Origin: a bacterium
GTDB taxonomy: Bacteria; Krumholzibacteriota; Krumholzibacteriia; G020349025
Length of the DNA: 64,000 nt
Direction: 5' to 3'
NCBI GenBank assembly: GCA_031362565.1
Contig: JANLSU010000048.1
Coordinates: 1 to 64,000 of the forward strand
Made by a program: the position numbers and the translations under genes. Positions 59,359-64,000 of the stretch are shown one piece after another. Position 1 is the first letter of the stretch; every line of letters begins with the position of its first letter. The notes under the pieces were generated by a model. That model saw only the letters and a program-made list of their open reading frames with translations, made no database searches and had not been told where the DNA came from.

Positions 59359-60135
59359 ATGAAAAGAGTCCAACGATTGCTCCCGATGTTCATCGTGGCA
59401 AAAGCGGCGATGGCAGAAGGCGCGACGCTACCGGTTGATCACCGCATGTTCGATGAGCTCCTGCATCGATATGTCACGCCGGCAGGTGTCAGCTACCAGG
59501 ACTGGTCGCAGCACCCCGAGGACATTCAGAAACTGCGCCGGTACTTGAGCGGACTCCAATCCGCAACCCCGTCGCAGATGGGAGCCGAGCCGGCGCTTGC
59601 CTACTGGATCAACCTCTACAACGCTGCGACACTGAACTTGGTGCTGGAGAAGTATCCCATCAAGAGCATCAAGGACATCGGGGCGCCATCATCGTCGCCT
59701 TGGGAAAAGACCGTGGCCACGGTCGAGGGGCGGCCACTCTCGCTCAGTCAAATCGAAAACGACGTGATCCGGCCGAAATTTCACGCCGCTCGGAGCCATT
59801 TCGCGCTGAATTGCGCCGCCCGCGGTTGCCCACCGATTCGGCCGGAAGCCTACGTCGGTGAACGCCTCCGCAGCCAGTTGGAGGATCAAACCAAGCGCTT
59901 CCTGGGTGACAGGAAGACGAACTTTGTCGACGCCACGGGGACGATTTGGCTGTCGAAGATCTTCGAGTGGTATGCAGCCGACTTCGAGGCGGCGAGTGGA
60001 TCCGTCTGGGCGTTCGTAGCGCCGTATCTCGAGGGGTCCCCGGCGGGCGCAAGGAGCGCCTCGAAGTCGCCGTTGCGGTACACAGAATACGACTGGACTC
60101 TCAACGAGGCCACGAACAAGCCGCCAAAAGACTAG
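59359..60135 (+). CDS. DUF547 domain protein
   Basis: AYWINLYNA, HFALNCAARGCP, LSKIFEWYAADF, YDWTLN. Confidence 0.9.
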   Translation: MKRVQRLLPMFIVAKAAMAEGATLPVDHRMFDELLHRYVTPAGVSYQDWSQHPEDIQKLRRYLSGLQSATPSQMGAEPALAYWINLYNAATLNLVLEKYPIKSIKDIGAPSSSPWEKTVATVEGRPLSLSQIENDVIRPKFHAARSHFALNCAARGCPPIRPEAYVGERLRSQLEDQTKRFLGDRKTNFVDATGTIWLSKIFEWYAADFEAASGSVWAFVAPYLEGSPAGARSASKSPLRYTEYDWTLNEATNKPPKD

Positions 60136-60194
60136 GCGTGCGGATGCATTCGCGCGCAAGCTGCCGGAACACTTTGCAAACAAAGGCTGCATGA

Positions 60195-61043
60195 ATGAAA
60201 CCGCTTGTTGCCCTGACGCTGGCTTGCAGCTTTCTCCTGCTCGGCGGCGAGGCCCACGCGGGTGGCGGCTGGGCAAGGCGGCCGCACTCCCTTTACGTGA
60301 AACTTGCGGCCACGACCTTGACTTCCGATGCCTTTCACATCAGCAACGGCACCGTCGTCCGAACGGCGGACTTCAACACTCAGACCCTGCAGCTGTACGT
60401 TGAATACGGAGTCCTCAACCGGCTCTCGGCCGTCCTGGACGCGCCGGTCTTCAAACGCGCCGCCTACGTCACAGCAAGCTCCGCGAGTGGGATCGGTGAC
60501 CTGGGGCTAACGCTGAAATACGCCATCCTGACCGGGCGATTCCCGGCGTCGTTGGGGATCGGCGCCGAATTTCCGACCGGAAACCGGCAGGCCTTTGGGG
60601 TCAACAAGAACAATCCCGAAGTGCGGATCGTCTTGCCGACCGGAGACGGTGAATTCAACACCTGGCTCCGCACTTATGTTTCGCATTCGTTTCACCTCTG
60701 GCCGGGGTTCGCGTCGATCGATGTCGGCTACAATCTTCGGACGATGGGCTTCACGAATCAATATCAAGCCAACCTGCAGTTGGGTTACAAGGCATCGAAC
60801 GCCGTCTGGGTGTTTGGCGACCTCCGTCGGTTTGCGACCGCGGGCACACCGCGAGGCGGTGCCGTATTCTCGTCCATCGGCATCGGCGAAGGCGTCGAAT
60901 ACACATCCTATGGCATGGGGCTCTCCGTCGAAGTGGCGCCACATACGGATCTGACGGGCAACGTCTCCGGTGGTCTGGGGAGGGCCAAGAACATCTATTC
61001 GGGGCTCAATCTCGGATTTGGCATCGCAGTCGATCTGCCATAA
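60195..61043 (+). CDS. Putative outer-membrane beta-barrel protein
   Basis: Signal peptide; YVEYGV, GIGDL, PTGDGE; alternating beta strands. Confidence 0.7.
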   Translation: MKPLVALTLACSFLLLGGEAHAGGGWARRPHSLYVKLAATTLTSDAFHISNGTVVRTADFNTQTLQLYVEYGVLNRLSAVLDAPVFKRAAYVTASSASGIGDLGLTLKYAILTGRFPASLGIGAEFPTGNRQAFGVNKNNPEVRIVLPTGDGEFNTWLRTYVSHSFHLWPGFASIDVGYNLRTMGFTNQYQANLQLGYKASNAVWVFGDLRRFATAGTPRGGAVFSSIGIGEGVEYTSYGMGLSVEVAPHTDLTGNVSGGLGRAKNIYSGLNLGFGIAVDLP

Positions 61044-61176
61044 TCGGCAGAGCGGCGGGAATTTCTGAGGACCGCCCGGGGTTCGGGAATGTGGTGACTG
61101 GTCGGCGTATTCACGGGCCACTCGGTTCACCGGTTTGCCGGCCCGGTAGGCCAACGCTCGAAGGGGAGTGATTCCG

Positions 61177-62052
61177 ATGCACGGTCGTGTTCTTCGGTAT
61201 GGTCTCGGCATCGCGCTCGTGGGATTTCTGATCTCCGGCGCCGCGAATGCCGCCCTCCTCGAGGGGCAGACCGCCCCCAACTTCACCAAGGACCAGCTCG
61301 ATGCCCCTGCCCCGGCGGCGCGCTCCCTGTCCAACTACGCCGGCAAGGTCGTGGTGCTCTTCCTCCAGGGTTACAACTGACCCTTCTGCCTCACCGACGG
61401 TCCGTCGGTGCAGCAGGACATCTGGACGGCCTACAACAACTCTCACCCGGGACAGGTCCAGGTGATTGGCGTCGATCTCTACAACGGTACCGCCGCCCAG
61501 GAGCGGTCGTTCGGCAATGCCACGGGCGCGACGTATCCTCTACTCCTGCGGGGCGCCGACGGCGCGGCGGGCGTTGGAAACTTGAACACGCTGTATATGC
61601 CGACGTCGGGCGTCACTTACGACAACTACGTTGTGATCAACAAGCACGGCATCGTGCGATACCACGCTGCGAACCGCTACGCGCACGGCAACCGGTACCA
61701 CTTGAACGAGATCCGGGGGACAGTCGACTCGCTCGTGACGAACCCGACGGACGTTGGCGACGGGCCCGGCCCGCTCGGATGGTCGCTTCGTGTCACCCCG
61801 AGCCCGTTCCATGCCACGACCTCGATCGAGTTCGTGAACGATGGACCTGCAACAACGGCTCGCCTGCGCGTCTTCAACCTTGCGGGACGCGAGATCGCGG
61901 CTCGGTCCGCGAGCGCGGTGCCGCGGGGACCCGGCCACCTGTCGTGGGATGGGCGGGATACCGCCGGGAATCGGGTCGCCTCGGGCGTGTATCTGGTGCG
62001 AGTCGAGGTCGGAAGGGTCCGACTCACCAGTCGCGTGGTGTATCTCGAATGA
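61177..62052 (+). CDS. Selenoprotein: exported AhpC/TSA-redoxin (UxxC) fused to FlgD-Ig C-terminal domain
   Basis: ORFs 61168-61380 and 61408-62052 are in frame and separated only by TGA 61378-61380; readthrough gives APNFT...GKVVVLFLQGYN-U-PFC...VQVIGVD...YPLL...VVINKHGIVRY. Confidence 0.85.
61392..61410 (+). promoter_or_regulatory. Candidate bacterial SECIS hairpin
   Basis: CACCGAC-GGTCC-GTCGGTG stem-loop with G-starting loop, 11 nt after UGA; lower stem CTGC/GCAG. Confidence 0.75.
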
Positions 62053-62621
62053 GACTGGCTGTCGCACGGATTGCAGCGGTTGTCGCGGCGGCCGTCACGA
62101 TCCTTCTTGGAGTCGCAACCGGCTCCGTCGCGGGGCCGCTCGAAAAAAGACCGGCGCCCCGTTTCGAGGTCCGGAGCTTGAGTGGTGAACACCTGCGCTT
62201 GGTGGATCTCCTGGCGCACGGTCCGGTGCTCCTCGACTTTTGGGCCACCTGGTGTAAACCGTGCTTGGCGTCGCTCCCGGAACTCGAAAAGCTGCACCAG
62301 CGCTATCGCGCGCGCGGGCTCACCGTGCTCGGGATCTCCGTCGATGGACCTCGGAACTTCGTCAAGGTGAAACCCTTCGTCCAGAAACTTCACCTCACCT
62401 TCCCCGTCGCCCTCGACGAGGACGGCTCACTGCAAGCGAAGTACTCCGTTGGCGGCTACCCGACGAGCGTGCTCATCGGGGCTGACGGTGCGGTGGATTT
62501 CCTCTTGGAGGGCTACCAGCCCGGTAACCTCGACGCGCTGGAAAAGAGGCTCCGGTCCCTGCTCGATGGGGGCGCAAGGGATTCCGCCGCGCAAGAATCG
62601 CCGCCGGATTCAACGCGATGA
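62049..62621 (+). CDS. TlpA-family thiol:disulfide oxidoreductase
   Basis: LDFWATWCKPC, GYPTSVLI; ATGA overlap with the selenoprotein gene. Confidence 0.92.
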   Translation: MRLAVARIAAVVAAAVTILLGVATGSVAGPLEKRPAPRFEVRSLSGEHLRLVDLLAHGPVLLDFWATWCKPCLASLPELEKLHQRYRARGLTVLGISVDGPRNFVKVKPFVQKLHLTFPVALDEDGSLQAKYSVGGYPTSVLIGADGAVDFLLEGYQPGNLDALEKRLRSLLDGGARDSAAQESPPDSTR

Positions 62622-64000
62622 CCCGCTGCGTTCGATGCCGAGTCGGGCGAGCGTTGCTCGCTTCCATGCTTGGAATTTTCACTCTTCTCGCCCCCAAGCC
62701 CGCACTCGCTCAGCTTTCGCTCTACAACCTGCTCGTGGGCCAGGCCGGCAACGAACCCTTCGCCACTCCGTCCGACCGGCTGTCGCTCTACGACCGGTTG
62801 CACGTCGATCTCGATCTCCCCAACGTACGCGCGGGGCTCCGTTGGGAAACCAATCGGAATAGCCTCGAACTCGATCCGTACGGCGCCGTGACGTTTCGCT
62901 ACGTCGAGTTCACGGACAAGAGGGGCACGCTCCGCCTCGGAAATTTCTACACCATCCTGGGGCGGGGTATCGTGCACCGCTCGTTCGATTTGCCAGCGGT
63001 GGTTCTGGACCAGCCAGGCACCCAAGCCCGTTACGCCCCGTCGCGAGATGTCGACGGGGCGCTGGGCGAAGGCCGGCTAGGGCCTGTTGGAGCGCGCGGA
63101 TTCGTGGGGCGACCGAGCGGTGGCGATGTCTCGCCGGCTTCGGGGGATGCGCGCTATGGAAACCTCGAGGCCGGATCTGAGGTCGCTGCGGATCTGTGGC
63201 GGGGGACGCGGCTCGGCGCCACCTATCTCCGGGCTTCCGGGCCGGCCGGTTCGCGCTCGGAACGAGGCTCAGGGTTCGTACAGGCGGATCTACTGCAGCT
63301 CTTCGGCACGAGTGTCGTGTCTCTGCCGTTGTACTTCGAGTATGCGCAGGTCGACGGCTCGCTCGGTGATTGGTTCCGATTCGACACCGCCGACGACGCG
63401 CCGCACGCGCTCTATGTTTCCAGCAGTTTGCTCGTAGACCCGATTAGTATCGCACTCGAATGGAAGGACTATCGGGGCTACCGTTTCGGCACCAACGATC
63501 CTCCCTCGCTCGTCCGCGAGCACTCCGAGCCACTCCTCAATCGGAACACGCACGTTCTGAACGCGGAGAGCGAGACGGGATACCAAGTCGAGGCTGTCGT
63601 GAACGCAACGCGCCAGCTCTCCTTCACCGGCAACCTGAGTCGGGCGGACGGCGACTTCGCGCGTCGCAGCTCACGCTTCCAGGAACGTTACTTGGAGGCC
63701 CACTGGGGCGCACTGGAGCCCGGGGGCTTGGAAGCCGGCGCTTTCTGGAGCAGCGGCCGGGACCAGTTCGTGTTCATCCAGCGCCGCCGGATCACCGGCG
63801 CGGGCGTCGTCGTGCCGTTGCCCGCCAAAGTACAACTGACGGCGGAACTGGAGCGCCAGGCGGCGACTCGGACCCCCGAGGTGTCCTTTGTCGATCACTA
63901 CGGTTCGCTCCAGTTGGCCCGCGGCAACGCAAGTTTGGCCGTGGTGTACGAGCGCTCCACCGATCCAGAGCAGGAGGCCCCGGACGACGCCGCAAGCGCC
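62618..64000 (+). CDS. DUF6029-like outer-membrane protein (partial, runs off window end)
   Basis: Absent from the ORF track; segments translated by hand give a signal peptide, LGNFYTILGRG..RS and EWKDY...NDPPSLVREH...ETGYQVE; ATGA overlap. Confidence 0.75.
   Translation, partial: MTRCVRCRVGRALLASMLGIFTLLAPKPALAQLSLYNLLVGQAGNEPFATPSDRLSLYDRLHVDLDLPNVRAGLRWETNRNSLELDPYGAVTFRYVEFTDKRGTLRLGNFYTILGRGIVHRSFDLPAVVLDQPGTQARYAPSRDVDGALGEGRLGPVGARGFVGRPSGGDVSPASGDARYGNLEAGSEVAADLWRGTRLGATYLRASGPAGSRSERGSGFVQADLLQLFGTSVVSLPLYFEYAQVDGSLGDWFRFDTADDAPHALYVSSSLLVDPISIALEWKDYRGYRFGTNDPPSLVREHSEPLLNRNTHVLNAESETGYQVEAVVNATRQLSFTGNLSRADGDFARRSSRFQERYLEAHWGALEPGGLEAGAFWSSGRDQFVFIQRRRITGAGVVVPLPAKVQLTAELERQAATRTPEVSFVDHYGSLQLARGNASLAVVYERSTDPEQEAPDDAASA

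Noticed and set aside
61168..62052. Two separate genes or a nonsense pseudogene
   Set aside because: The stop coincides with the catalytic Cys position and is followed by a SECIS-like hairpin; recoding is more parsimonious, pending sel genes

Overview
GC-rich bacterial chromosomal window with about 50 protein-coding genes; no rRNA, tRNA, CRISPR array or transposase was seen. FlgD-Ig C-terminal domains and a recurring C-terminal 'VExxSWxxVKxLYR' tail suggest an FCB-group candidate lineage such as Eisenbacteria/Krumholzibacteriota (inference). Main blocks: (1) 1-11339, a translationally coupled minus-strand operon of NAD(P)/FeS flavoprotein, Rieske, cytochrome b, heptaheme cytochrome c, periplasmic NXR/Nar-type alpha, beta and gamma subunits and a chaperone, with a divergent Rrf2 gene and two perfect Rex boxes nearby. 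(2) Leucine catabolism genes with a partial hmgL duplication. (3) A cluster of exported cytochromes (cytochrome-porin, YceI, Ig-stalk cytochrome, beta-propeller diheme protein). (4) preA, a cupin, a glycosyltransferase and a duplicated A-B pair of secreted proteins. (5) A Rrf2-sufBCDSUT operon. (6) A Ser/Thr kinase, an M16 protease pair and acpS. (7) An envelope redox operon containing a selenoprotein missed by the ORF track (in-frame UGA giving U-P-F-C, with a SECIS-like hairpin), followed by TlpA and a DUF6029-like gene. Family assignments come from motif recognition by eye; no database searches were run.
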